DNA of 63,638 nt, the filler included, from Octopus bimaculoides (lineage: Eukaryota): the NCBI RefSeq assembly GCF_001194135.2. It is 4 parts of 4 records of this genome, joined end to end, with 100 filler letters (N's around TTAATTAATTAA, not from the genome) between each part and the next. Parts side by side here need not be neighbours in the genome. Positions count along the whole stretch, not along the records: positions 1 to 15,910 come from NC_068987.1; 3 more parts are not named here. One strand, given 5' to 3'. Below the pieces are notes generated by a model. That model was not told the DNA's origin. It searched no databases and saw only the letters and a list, made by a program, of their open reading frames with translations. A program made the position numbers and the translations under genes. Each line of letters starts with the position of its first letter. The first letter of the stretch is position 1. This document shows positions 1-12,874 of the stretch, in pieces.

Positions 1-36
<36 letters not shown>

Positions 37-142
37 ACAATGATTCACTTGCAGGTAGCAAATGGTGATTTACATTACTTAAACTTGCTGTTGATATTTT
101 ATAGCAATTTTCAGTAGTTCGATTAGCTCCATTAGTATTCAA

Positions 143-267
143 CACATGTCACTGCGTCAGATGCTACAGAAGTTCGCAGATTCATTGGTTTCTCATACAT
201 TAATTGATATTTTAATGAATTGTATCGTCAGAACAAATATTTCAACTAGTCCTGCTTGCCTTGGTTG
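143..267 (+). repeat. 125-bp unique-looking segment, copy A (copy B at 5379-5503)
   Basis: Direct comparison gives 121/125 identity to 5379-5503 (cacatgtcactgcgtcagatg...cttgcc(t/a)tggttg). Confidence 0.95.
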
Positions 268-790
268 GTGATGACCAATATTTGTTTGTTATTAATTTTC
301 TCATTTATAGTGAGGCCTTTGTTTTGTTATGAAATTATTGTTATACGTCTTTCCAGCATTGGATTTCGATTTATTTTCTGTTGTACGTTTAGGGAGATAT
401 CTGAATCAATATAAATATTCGCCGTGTTCTTGTGGTTTTCAAAGTGCATTAACATTTCAATTGTTTCTTATTTGCGTATATATCTTTTATTGCGCATATA
501 TGAGAGTCAGTATCAGAATGCATGTGTATGCATATATGTGTGTGTATAAAAGATAATTGTTTACTTAGAATAATTTGTGAAAATGTTTCACTTTTCTTTC
601 TTGAGAATAGTTGTCTTTATTATGCGGGAACCACTGGAATTGACATATAACAGCGATTGAGTTAAGAAGTTTATTTGGAATGAGGTCCCTTTCGGTAGTC
701 ATTTTCAAATAAAGAATACAAATATCTGTATTAAATACCTTTGTTATTTCTCACATCTATCTAACGCCATTTCAATTTGAAAATGCAATG

Positions 791-830
791 TTTATCACTG
801 TTTATCACTGTTTATCACTGTTTTCTACTG
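791..830 (+). repeat. 10-bp tandem repeat (tttatcactg) x3 plus a degenerate fourth unit
   Basis: Visible tandem units. Confidence 0.9.
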
Positions 831-1692
831 TCACCCTTTTATGTATTCTCAACAGCATGCAACATAAGAATCATCGCTCGTGTTTTCTACGGTCTAATAC
901 TATAAAATGGCCAAAATATTCCTGTCATTGCGCACTGACAGGATATACAACAGTATTATTTCGCTTTACTTATGCCAACCTTTCAGGTTTATCATGAAAA
1001 TAATATTTTTTTTTATTTGCAGTGATAGATGTGTTTTATTGTGTGGTCATTTCACTTTGATAATTCATGAGTCATTTTCCAGTGAAATTATTCAACCGTA
1101 AGGCATCCCATGTACACATTCTGCATTGGTTTTTGTATTGGAAATCCAAAGAGCATAATACCAATAATTCAATGCGTAAACACTGCATAATATTTACTGC
1201 ATTCGCTCTTTGGGTATTATCACTGTACCCATGGTAATCATAATTGTTAGCTATAAACACTTCCGATCCTATCGTTTATTTCTCATTACTCTCATATAAC
1301 ACTATAAGGTTCTAAACATATGAGTCATCGCTATGCATTTCGCTCTTTCGTTCATCAACGCTTTCCCTTTTATATACATTTTATTGCGGTCTTTACTCCA
1401 CAGTTGTCCCACTTCCGAACAATGATAGATTATAGATGCTCTTTCACGCAATAGCGTCAATAAAATATCACTAAATGTAGCTGGTAATAGTTTTTCGTTG
1501 GTTAAACCTACCAGGTTCATCAAAAAACTTATCGTTGTAGGCAGAACCATTACATGAAAATTGATGTGAAATGGAGAAGTGTGATTATGAGAAGATACGT
1601 GATTATCTTTCATAAAATCATCCAGGCAGAAACACATACAAGCATAACATAACGTAATATCACAACGCGCACAGACCCTGGCAGACACTATC

Positions 1693-1733
<41 letters not shown>

Positions 1734-3074
1734 AAAATATGTACATAGTATGTATATGTAGTACCTGTTGCAAAACGCTTACTTCTTAGAAGTCAGTTAA
1801 TGTCTCATTCAATTGCTACCCCTGGTGTTATATGGTTACAGAGGGTTATTTAGGTAAAATGATTCCGATGATGACAGATGGACAAAACCTGTAAATGTAC
1901 GTTAGGCAATATTGCTATGCTCATTAGAATTTGAATACTTTCGTTTAATTATGGCTACTATTTCTGGCTTCATTGACATACGGAATGGTATCTTTCAGTA
2001 TATGGTCAAATTGTCATTAGAATTGAATGTATTAAAGCTATAGAAATACTCATAGATGTTTATATAAGTAAAGGTGTGCTTCCGAACCTCTGATATATGG
2101 AGCTGAATGAGACTTAACAATAAATTTTTCTTTACTCTCAAGAGAAAATCACTCAGACAATATATGATCTGATACTATTATCAAATTTGTTTTTAAAATA
2201 ATAAATTTGTTTTATTACATTGAAAACTACTTTGCTTTTTTTAAGCGTCCGCTTTCTTGTTTTACATTTTCGCTATAAGTGCACATATTTTTCTACGGTT
2301 AACTAACAGCTTTATCGTTGCATAGCGGTGATGCATTATGTCCTTTCTATACGCATTAATATACCTGATAAATAAACAGGTTGTTGATAACTTGTTAAAA
2401 TGTAAAGATAAACAAATTAAAATAATAAATATTGTGTTTCCATGGGGTATAAAAATATCTCATAAATGAAAAGAAATTGAAATTTAGCGACCTGTACAAC
2501 AGCATTAGTCATACCGATACGTTGAAAATATCGATATATCATAGCACTTAAAAGTATAGAAAAACGCTTTCAATTTCTCGTATCAATAAAGATGAAATAC
2601 ATCAATGCATTACGAAGGGATATGAAGGATGGTGTGGGTAGGAGCTATCTTGATTTGCTTCATAAACACGTACAAAATTTGAATTTCATATTACTAGAGT
2701 ATCCAGACGAAATAAAAGCAACATAACTACATAAAACGTAAGTATGTTGTGAAGCCGTGCATATACTGTGATGCACCATGTTATGTAGCCACTGATGTGA
2801 TTGAAGTTAATGGACAAAATCAAAGGTCATGCGAAAAAATTTCTTCAAAATCTAAATGAAAGAAGGACATTCATGCATATACATACAGGCATATAATCAC
2901 CTGCATACACATACACATACACATGCAACGCAACTATACACAATCAAGTCTATCTATCGACCTATCTATCAAGCTAGCTCGCTATTTGTGTGTTTGTCTA
3001 TCTGTTTGTCTATCTATGCATTCATCTATGGATTTGCGTGAAAGTATGTACATAAATATGAATATATATATATA

Positions 3075-3160
3075 TTCTTTTATTTGTTTCAGTCATTTGA
3101 CTGCGGCCATAGTGGAGTATCACGTTTAGTCGAACAAATCGACCCTACAATTCTATACTT
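3075..3160 (-). mobile_element. 3' tail fragment of the abundant CORE-like tRNA-derived SINE
   Basis: Reverse complement of the tail ...tcgactaaa...atggccgcagtcaaatgactgaaacaa seen in many copies in this window. Confidence 0.85.
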
Positions 3161-3187
3161 AAGAGATGAGGAATTATGTACATTATT

Positions 3188-3385
3188 TACATTTGACGGA
3201 TATTTGTCCTCATCTTGTTTTTTGTTAACACAATCTTTCAGCTTCATCAGGTGTCTTGGGGAAATTTCGAACCTGGGTTATCATTCCTAAGGGATTTTTC
3301 GAAGTTATTATTGCTATTGTTGTTGTTATTATTATTATTATTACTATTATTATTATTATCACTGGAATCGAACTCGGAATCGTGG
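3188..3385 (-). mobile_element. SINE-like repeat remnant with an internal (TAT)n tract
   Basis: B-box-like sequence on the minus strand (reverse complement of ggaatcgaactc) plus a body I recall as a common octopus repeat; single copy here. Confidence 0.55.
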
Positions 3386-3414
3386 GTAATTATGGAGTGA
3401 ATTTTAGGACTTAT

Positions 3415-3724
3415 AAATCTAATATTTTCCTATCCTTCATTAATACCGGCTCCCATATACTATTCATATCTGCACGCGGTCTACTTAGGAGATCGTTGTG
3501 TCCTAGCATATGTGCTGCTTCTTTTAGTTTTCGTATGTTTCAGTGGTATTCTCTGTTTATTATTTTAACTTCATTTCACAGGGGGAGGTGGTCTCCATTT
3601 TTCCATACATGATCAGCTATACCCGATTTATCAATATCTCCTTGTGTCGCAGCTTTGTGATGTTCGTCTGCCCTTATTTTCAGGGGGCGACATGTTTCGC
3701 CTTTGTATAACCTACCACAGCTGC
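3415..3724 (-). mobile_element. Penelope-like element, GIY-YIG endonuclease fragment (pseudogenised)
   Basis: Minus-strand translation CSCGRLYKGETCRPLKIRADEHHKAATQGDIDKSGIADHVWKNGDHLPL*NEVKIINREYH*NIRKLKEAAHML matches the PLE GIY-YIG pattern (C.CG..Y.G.T.R.L..R..EH; E at the C-terminus); contains in-frame stops. Confidence 0.88.
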
Positions 3725-3729
3725 AAATA

Positions 3730-3829
3730 TCTACTTCTTCACCAATAGAAGACAATATAACCAAAGACGGCGTGTAGCCCATCCCACGCAGCTGTAGTAG
3801 GTTATACAGAGGTGAAACATGCCGCCCCC
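3730..3829 (+). mobile_element. Inverted second piece of the same Penelope GIY-YIG region
   Basis: Plus-strand translation SPIEDNITKDGV*PIPRSCSRLYRGETCRP; 3788-3829 is an inverted copy (38/42) of 3683-3724. Confidence 0.85.
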
Positions 3830-3922
3830 ATGTGGTTGGTAAGCAAGCTACTTACCGTACAGCCACTCCTGCGCCTAATACACATCTCCTGCGACTATCC
3901 ATACAGCCACTCCTGCGCATAC
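3829..3922 (-). mobile_element. CORE-like SINE 5' head with about three tandem copies of the first ~24 bp
   Basis: catgtggttggtaagcaagctactta followed by repeated cagccactcctgcgc-like units. Confidence 0.85.
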
Positions 3923-4431
3923 GTATGTATATATANNNNNNNNNNNNNNNNNNNNNNNNNNNNNNNNNNNNNNNNNNNNNNNNNNNNNNNNNNNNNNNNN
4001 NNNNNNNNNNNNNNNNNNNNNNNNNNNNNNNNNNNNNNNNNNNNNNNNNNNNNNNNNNNNNNNNNNNNNNNNNNNNNNNNNNNNNNNNNNNNNNNNNNNN
4101 NNNNNNNNNNNNNNNNNNNNNNNNNNNNNNNNNNNNNNNNNNNNNNNNNNNNNNNNNNNNNNNNNNNNNNNNNNNNNNNNNNNNNNNNNNNNNNNNNNNN
4201 NNNNNNNNNNNNNNNNNNNNNNNNNNNNNNNNNNNNNNNNNNNNNNNNNNNNNNNNNNNNNNNNNNNNNNNNNNNNNNNNNNNNNNNNNNNNNNNNNNNN
4301 NNNNNNNNNNNNNNNNNNNNNNNNNNNNNNNNNNNNNNNNNNNNNNNNNNNNNNNNNNNNNNNNNNNNNNNNNNNNNNNNNNNNNNNNNNNNNNNNNNNN
4401 NNNNNNNNNNNNNNNNNNNNNNNNNNNNNNN

Positions 4432-4464
<33 letters not shown>

Positions 4465-5378
4465 CATATGTGCATGTATGCGTATGTATGCGCATATATG
4501 AGTATATATGCGCCGATAGATAAATAGACGTGGGGTGTGTAAGCATGATAAATAATGCCACAGCTGGCATTTTGCCGTAAAAGAATTTAATAATCACATA
4601 AGAAACAATTGAATAGAGTTGAATAAAGATGTCTGCTTCCAGAATTGAGTTTGAAATATAGAAATTATTTCAATGCACATTCTTAGAATGAATATACCTA
4701 AATGACACTCTCGCAAAATATATTCAAATAAATGATAGCTTTCTTATACAAAGTTTTATCTTGTGTCTCGCTTCATTTCCCTCTTGTTCTAATTCTACAC
4801 CTTTGTCTCCTTCTACTCACCCTTTTTCTCTACACTTTTTCATTATCGATCTTTCAGTTTGGCTCTATTCAACGTTTAATATACACTTTTAACAGTTTTC
4901 CTTGCATTTGTCTACTTTTAAATTATTTCTTCTTTGTAGATGTTTGTTTATATTCAGATCTTTCCATAAAGACTACCATCATCTGTGGTCAAGCGATTTA
5001 CGTTGAAATGAAATTTGCCTACGTATCACTTGTAGATGCGAAATACACAGTCTTTACTTGTATTAGAGGCGTTAAATATTGCATACGACTGGACATGAAC
5101 GTTTACCATATAGTATTCTTTCATTCAAAATAATGTATAATAATAACTTACTCTAGGAAATACACTAAAGTATTCCGTCAAGAAATATAAGGAATTTTTC
5201 AGGACTCTTCATTCTCAAATGTATATCCTTCGTAGATTTGAGTTCTATTCTTGTACATTTGAAATAGTAATAGAACATAGAGGTAAATTTCTAAAATAGT
5301 TTAGTTATTTCTGCATACTTCCTTCTATTAACATTATGTAAACAATCTGATATTCCTGCTTTGAAAATCAATGTTTAC

Positions 5379-5503
5379 CACATGTCACTGCGTCAGATGT
5401 TACAGAAGTTCGCAGATTCATTGGTTTCTCATACATTAATTGATATTTTAATGAATTGTATCGTCAAAACAAATATTTCAACTAGTCATGCTTGCCATGG
5501 TTG
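5379..5503 (+). repeat. 125-bp segment, copy B, flanked by 19-bp direct repeats
   Basis: ttgaa(a/c)atcaatgtttacc at 5361-5379 and 5501-5519 (18/19 identical). Confidence 0.92.
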
Positions 5504-6398
5504 AACATCAATGTTTACCTTTAATATTTACGTGTTAGTACCCTGTAATAAAATACAACATTTATGTGATTATATTGTTATACTTGTATTGTTATAATCA
5601 TATTGTTATATTGTTATAATTATCCAATAAACAAATTTTACAAAATATAAAGCTATCTATATAGATATTTAGACGAATAATAAAATTCAAATGATATGAA
5701 TACATTCAATGGGATGAAAACATGGGAATGACGCAATCTGAAATTTATATTTTCAGATGTTTTATCGTTTTTTTTTCCTTTTTCGTAAAGTTTTCAGGTT
5801 TATATTCTAACATGAGATATTTACGATCCCCTTAAAAACCACAAATTGGTTTCATGAAACATCTCGATATCTCTGGTAATTAGAGCAATTTGTAAACACA
5901 GTCTGGTTGATTTGCATACTTTGATTTCAAGTTTACTAATTGTTCCAAAGCACTTTACTTTGAAAATCCTTACACGTTCACAAGCAGTAAATTCTGCTGG
6001 ACTCGGATGTCGTATTGTACTATGGATAGGTCCTATATGCTCGATAGGTGACTTTCAATATATTTATTAATTTATATCTGCTTCTTCCATTATTCCACAA
6101 AGACCAGGCGATATTTTGTGAGCAGTTACTAGCCCAAATAGACCATAACATGAAAATATGTTAAAGGTGCATCACTTGCAGATTTATATTTTAATTGGAG
6201 GGATTTTTCTTGTGATCTTTATTACTGTTCTGCTTCCGGTGCCTACACCAGTAAATTAATGTTCTTCCAAATCTGTTTTAGGCGAGGAATATGGTTGGTT
6301 TGAGTAAATCAATTTTACGTTCATTTCATAATCAATATAAAACATCTCAGACACTCCAATGATTGACCAGTAATTAAATAGTCCGTAACTCTGTCAAT

Positions 6399-6570
6399 AA
6401 TTTAGCTGTATTTCGCCTATCTTCATGTTCTGAGTTCAAATTCAGCCGAGATCGACTTTGCCTTTCATCCTTTCGGGGTCGAAAAATTAAGTACCAGTTG
6501 CATACTTGGGTCAATCTAATCGACTGGACCCCACCCTAAAAATTTCGGGCCTTGTACCTAGTGTAGAAAA
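6399..6570 (+). mobile_element. 5'-truncated tRNA-derived SINE (OK-like family)
   Basis: gttctgagttcaaattc B-box region, gtcgactttgcctttcatcctttcggggtcg core and ggccttgt...agaaaa tail; homologous to 6589-6798. Confidence 0.85.
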
Positions 6571-6588
6571 TATATATCGATACTAAGA

Positions 6589-6798
6589 AGGCGGTGAGCT
6601 GGCACAATCGTTAGGACGCCAAGTGAAATGCTTGGCGGTATTTCGTCTGTCTTTACGCTCTGAGTTCAAATTCGAGGTCGACTTTGCTTTTCATTCTTGA
6701 GGGTCGATAAATTAAGTACCAGTTGCGTACTGGGAGATATATAACCGACTGACTCCCATTCCCAAAATGTCGGGCCTTGTTCCTAGACTAGAAAAAAA
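6589..6798 (+). mobile_element. Near full-length tRNA-derived SINE (OK-like family)
   Basis: ggcggtgagctggcacaatcgttagg head, B-box-like gagttcaaattc, and the same core and tail as the upstream copy. Confidence 0.85.
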
Positions 6799-8157
6799 TT
6801 ATATTCCCAGTGGTGTGGGGAGGCAAACCAAACGGCTTACCAGTTTTATGATGACTCGAAACAAAGCAAACAAAAAAAAAATACATCAGGTTCTTTAGAA
6901 AAGAAAAATGTTTGGAGTGTCTTTTCGATATGGTCCCTGCATCTGAGTATCTTTCATGTGGCAAACATATTCAGGTACCTGAATAATTATATTTAATTTT
7001 TTATTTATTTCATAATCATTCTTATCATCTAATATTATATGCAACTTGCACTTAAACTTTTGAAGTATTTATCATCTCTCAAATGTAAAATTCTCTGACG
7101 CTATGATTTCTTTCCCTTTCATTTCAATTGAGATGTTTGTCAGTGATTTTCAATATTTTATGATCATCTCTACCAACCTTCATTGAATATATTTTGTGAA
7201 TTTTGTTTACCATATTGCTACCTACTCATAATTTATCCACCCCTTTAAATCAATACCCCACCCGCTGTTTTTCAATTTAGATCTTATGTCACTATTTCTT
7301 ATTTACTTATTCATTCATCTAATATTACTAAGTTCAAAATTTCATCACCTCCTATTTTGCTACTAATCTTGTTTTTTTTTTTTGTTTTTTTTTTTGCAGT
7401 TGGCTTCTTCCAATGGGGACTTAGAACTTTATGAACACTAATCCTCCTTCACTTTCCCTATTCATTTTCTCTTATTCTATTTTTACACGCACTTTCTTAC
7501 TTTTCACTTTTCCCCTCTTCCATTCCTACATTTTTCTTCTTTTCCTTATTTTTGAAATATCCTTTTCTTTTCTAGCTTTTACTCACGTTCCATTCCCTTT
7601 TTCTTCATTTTTCCTCTTTTCTTTCTTCTACTCACATTTATTTTTCTTCTTCCGTTCATGGTGTCTTCTTTTTTCCCCTATTTTATCCCTCGTTTGATCA
7701 CCAGAACTTATGACAAGAAAACTATAAATGGAAGTGCAAATGCTATAAATTTCTAGTCCTAGCTTGCCTGAAGTTCCTGTGCACCCACTTGTGAAACTCA
7801 GAGTACTATGTGAGCGAAAGATGTTATTAATCTCTAGTATGCTAATGAGAGGCTAATGAGTGCCATCTTTTCCGAGTTTATATTTAATATATANNNNNNN
7901 NNNNNNNNNNNNNNNNNNNNNNNNNNNNNNNNNNNNNNNNNNNNNNNNNNNNNNNNNNNNNNNNNNNNNNNNNNNNNNNNNNNNNNNNNNNNNNNNNNNN
8001 NNNNNNNNNNNNNNNNNNNNNNNNNNNNNNNNNNNNNNNNNNNNNNNNNNNNNNNNNNNNNNNNNNNNNNNNNNNNNNNNNNNNNNNNNNGCATGTATGC
8101 ATGTATGCTTGTATATGTGTATGTAGATGGGGGGGGGGGCGTTCGTATATAAACACT

Positions 8158-8212
<55 letters not shown>
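8158..8212 (+). repeat. (AGAT)n microsatellite
   Basis: Perfect tetranucleotide run. Confidence 0.98.
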
Positions 8213-8643
8213 TATTTTACGGTGCATATGTGACTGTGTGTGTCTAGAAGTGTCTATTTTGTGTGTCCAGGGATTTTGAATGAAATAGTAAATTTTGGCA
8301 ATAAAATTCTTCAAATGCTACACAAAGGGACTTTAGTTTAGCGTAATTTCCCTTTGTAGTTTTTAGTCTGTATCTTGAAACAAGAAATGTGCTGATTGCT
8401 ATATGATGAAAAGAATAATATGTATATTTATAAATCTTATTCTAATATCAAGTCACACGCTCACTCTAATGCAGAGCGATACAGATGAAGCCTGACATTC
8501 ACCTTTACACATATCTGAAAATGTCAAATATAGTGACATATGTGATTGTTTTTGTGTGTGACATGCATACGAAAAGCAGCTCAGTCGCCTTTCCTAGACT
8601 AACAAGGACACATAAAATGATAGAGCAATTTATAATGAATCGA

Positions 8644-8714
<71 letters not shown>

Positions 8715-11700
8715 GATGTGTGAGACAGAAGAGGGAAGTGACATACGGGAATAGACTCATTATTATATGTGTGAAAACCCGAGTGTTCAGAAAAAAAAAC
8801 ACGACATTTAGATATTAAAACTGCAACAGATATAATATTATTAGGAAAGATATTAAGAGTTGGGTTAATCCCCAGCTTATATAGTATTAGATCTGTGACA
8901 ATCATGGCTTTGGGTAATTTGTTTATTGTCATGTCAACTCTTCTGAATATTCAATGTTTTATTTTACAAACATGATATAAATTATAGAGATAAATAGTGC
9001 TTCGAACATTACAGCATTCCACTTAAACTCGGTCAACAATAATTCCCGAGAGGCCCTTCAACTAATTTGAAATTCATTGACTGAGATAGCAAATCTCGGG
9101 TTTTGTGTAAATTGAAGTCTCTTCTGTCGCATTAGCACTACTATAGGCATGAATGCTATCCCGTGTATAATCGCATCATTTCTGTCGTGTTGTTGACGGG
9201 TGACATACGCTTCTTAATGATTTCACTAGCATCGTTACATAACCACCTACCCTAAATTAAACAACAATTTTATAGGGATCACTTCTTAGGTGAAGCTTCT
9301 GCAGCATAGACATGAATGCTGGAAAGATTAAATGAGTCCGTAGATTGAGGAATATTTATTCTGGTCAATCGTGCATGCGGAGTGGTAAATATAACCAGCT
9401 CCTGGAACTAATAACAGCAGTAACCACTTGATGCCATTGGCCCAAATATTTTTTCACACCTCAAAACGTCGGTTTGATAATGATATTGTAGTTTGGGGAA
9501 CAATTTAGTATGAATTCTTCTCTCTTCCCTAAATATGCTTATGTGAATTGGGGTCATCCCGCCAATATTCCAGAACAAATATCGTTTCTCCTAAATATGT
9601 AACATAATTTTGCCTTATTAACCATACAGCTGATTTCCTAAAAGGTTGACTCATTCTTTGCAATTTCGAAATGAAATGATAATGATATAATGCCGTGAAA
9701 TGTTTATTGCATCATATCTATTCTTGGTTTAGAGGAGTTTTGCAGGATTCGCATCAAAATACTATTCCCTATTAGATTTTCTGCCACGCAAGCATTGCGG
9801 TTACCTCTGAAACATTATGCATCCTTTTCATACAATCAGTTGGCATCTCTTAGGATGTTACCCGGTTCAAGATGTCTTAGAAATGTGTTCAAGTTTTCCA
9901 AATATGTGCACCATTTTCTACGAGTTGGTGCATACTTTAACAAACGAATGTGCTGTTTGCTTTCAGAAACCGTTTTAGGTGTTATTATTAAAGGAACACC
10001 TACACTAGCTCTCCTTGTATGTTGAAAGATTTTAAGGACGACAGACTGAATCGATTTATTTTTCTTTCTATACTTAGACAGTAACTGATACGAATACATT
10101 GTTACCCAAATGTAGCATTGTGCGCCAGCTTCAAAAATAATGTATGCATTTTATCAATCATTGTTTGCGCTTCCTCGGCAGGTGTATCCTGCGTTAAGTA
10201 AATCCACAGGTTAATTTACAAAGCAATTTCTGGAGTGCTGGAGTATTTTTTTGAATAAGAAAAATATAATATCAGTTTAACTTATCATTGCTCTTAAATC
10301 ATAGTCCTGGCTGAATCGCTTACACTAATGGTGAGTGTTTTGCTTCTTCAGAACAAACATTGCAGTTTCCTGTGATGTCACATACAGACATACTTGAAAA
10401 ACGTTATTGATTTGCAGACATCAAAAGTGACGTGTGCATTAAATGTATTTGCCATAATGTGGGTCGTAAGGAACTGCGCATCTCCTGTCAGTCTCATACT
10501 ATTCCACAGAAATTTAGTAAACTCAGTCCTCATTTCCACATCTGTATGTAAGCTAACCGCTTCCACCAGTTGAGATATATTTGGCAGAGGGTTTGGAAAC
10601 GTTTTACAACAGTATTTCAGTTTCTAACCACAGTGCATTCCGGTTGATTCCACTTTATGGATTTTACCGATCTGGATTATAGCAAATCACATGAGTTCTT
10701 TCTCCCTGCCAAAGGTCTACCAATCAATTTGATGGGAGCCAAATATATTTGTTAAGCACATATACCTTCACCCAGTAATCATTCATTTCCGAGGCTTTAG
10801 TGATGACACTTAATTACTCATACAGTTATATATATGCACTGAACGCGTAATCACAGGGATATGAGTTCGAGTCTCATGGCTGGCAGCCGACAGATTTTTA
10901 TGCAAAATAGCTTATCCTGTTCATGCTATATATTAACATTATCTTGCGTTTGAGAATAAAATTATTTCCTTACCTGCATAATTCAAATTGTATTACATTG
11001 CGATGTAAACTGCTACATTTGCTTGTAGCCATAAACAGAACTTGCATCCACAACGTTTAATATTTCCGCTTAAATTAACTAAAATAAATGTTATAATGTG
11101 CGTGCGGAGAATAATAAACCAGTTTATATTGATTACATATTCTGCTACCTTTCCAAACAAAAATAGATAATTCTAGGTAGAAATAAATCAATATAAATCG
11201 TGATAGATAATGTACGAGAGAACAACAGCGAAAGCATAGGACTGCTAAAGTTTTGAATCTGGTTAAAGAAGCGTAGTAGAAGAATAAACACGGAGACTTG
11301 GAGTGAGTGGAGCAGTTAGTAAAAGCTAGAAACGAACAAAGGGAGAACTTTGGTATAAATTATCATACAAAAAGAGACATATGATCAAACTTTCTTAAAT
11401 GTATAATAGATTGCACAATTAAAAACTACAGTTCTTCCTGACAGTAAATATACTCAAAAGCATAATATCGGATGTCTCGCCTTACTAAAATTATATTATA
11501 ACGTTAAAGATGATATTATAATGTGAAAGAAAGAGCTCGGTAAATGGAGAGAAATAAATAGCGATAGAGAGATTGAGAAATAAAATGAATGGAAAATCCG
11601 AAATGGTAATGGTTTTAACGAGAAGCAAGGGAGCAGTAGAATAGTTAAATAGATATTTAAAACTTTGGCAGAATCAGAGAACATAGACGAAAAGAAAAAA

Positions 11701-12064
11701 GAAGAGTGAGATGGAAATATTATCACACAGGAAAAGTTCTTCCTGCTGCTATAAGTGTAAATTAATTTATCAATAGATACTTGATAGAATTAGAGAAACA
11801 TATAGATGCAATTGAGAAAGAGATCGAAAGGAAAATAGAAGCACTACAGAACAAGATTGAATCAATATGAAAGGTAAAATAAAGAATAACTTGAAATAGA
11901 AAATCTCTCGCCTGGGAGAAGGAAGAGGAGATGTGACAGTAAAAGATTTAAGACGAAATTGAAAGTAAAGAATCAGGAGAAAAGAGAAAAGGTCACAAAG
12001 AAATGATGAGCAGATATCATAAGCAAAGAAATGATGAGCAAATATTTTCTCATGTAGGCATATA

Positions 12065-12095
<31 letters not shown>

Positions 12096-12669
12096 NNNNN
12101 NNNNNNNNNNNNNNNNNNNNNNNNNNNNNNNNNNNNNNNNNNNNNNNNNNNNNNNNNNNNNNNNNNNNNNNNNNNNNNNNNNNNNNNNNNNNNNNNNNNN
12201 NNNNNNNNNNNNNNNNNNNNNNNNNNNNNNNNNNNNNNNNNNNNNNNNNNNNNNNNNNNNNNNNNNNNNNNNNNNNNNNNNNNNNNNNNNNNNNNNNNNN
12301 NNNNNNNNNNNNNNNNNNNNNNNNNNNNNNNNNNNNNNNNNNNNNNNNNNNNNNNNNNNNNNNNNNNNNNNNNNNNNNNNNNNNNNNNNNNNNNNNNNNN
12401 NNNNNNNNNNNNNNNNNNNNNNNNNNNNNNNNNNNNNNNNNNNNNNNNNNNNNNNNNNNNNNNNNNNNNNNNNNNNNNNNNNNNNNNNNNNNNNNNNNNN
12501 NNNNNNNNNNNNNNNNNNNNNNNNNNNNNNNNNNNNNNNNNNNNNNNNNNNNNNNNNNNNNNNNNNNNNNNNNNNNNNNNNNNNNNNNNNNNNNNNNNNN
12601 NNNNNNNNNNNNNNNNNNNNNNNNNNNNNNNNNNNNNNNNNNNNNNNNNATATATATATATATATATAT

Positions 12670-12874
12670 TTGTGTGTTTATGTTTGTCCCCCCGCCCAAT
12701 ATCGCTTGACAACCGATGTTGTTGTATTTACGTCCCCGTAAACTAGCGGTTCGGCAAAAGATCCCGATAAAATAAGTACTAGGCTTACAGAGAATAGGTC
12801 CTGGGGTCAATTTGCTCGACTAAAGATAGTGCTCCAGCATGGCCGCAGTCAGATGACTGAAACAAGTAAAAGAG
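12670..12874 (+). mobile_element. CORE-like SINE, 3' half (starts at the internal microsatellite next to a gap)
   Basis: tttgtcccc...atcgcttgacaaccgatg...gcatggccgcagtcagatgactgaaacaagtaaaagag. Confidence 0.92.

Noticed and set aside
1302-1694. 130-aa minus-strand ORF
   Set aside because: No recognisable domain, and no acceptor/donor pair supporting an exon.
3812-4597. Long ORFs spanning N runs (also near 12-15 kb, 18 kb, 25 kb, 31-34 kb, 44-48 kb and 54-56 kb)
   Set aside because: Their length comes from X residues; the flanking residues are translations of (TA)n/(CA)n repeats or SINEs.
4732-5133. 133-aa hydrophobic ORF resembling a membrane protein (similarly 7431-7697 and about 6180-6257)
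   Set aside because: Hydrophobicity follows from T-rich, low-complexity sequence; no family motif.
6589-6680. tRNA-like A/B boxes in SINE heads (also 22300-22381, 59956-60030 and 62258-62320)
   Set aside because: No complete cloverleaf; they continue into SINE bodies, so they are not tRNA genes.
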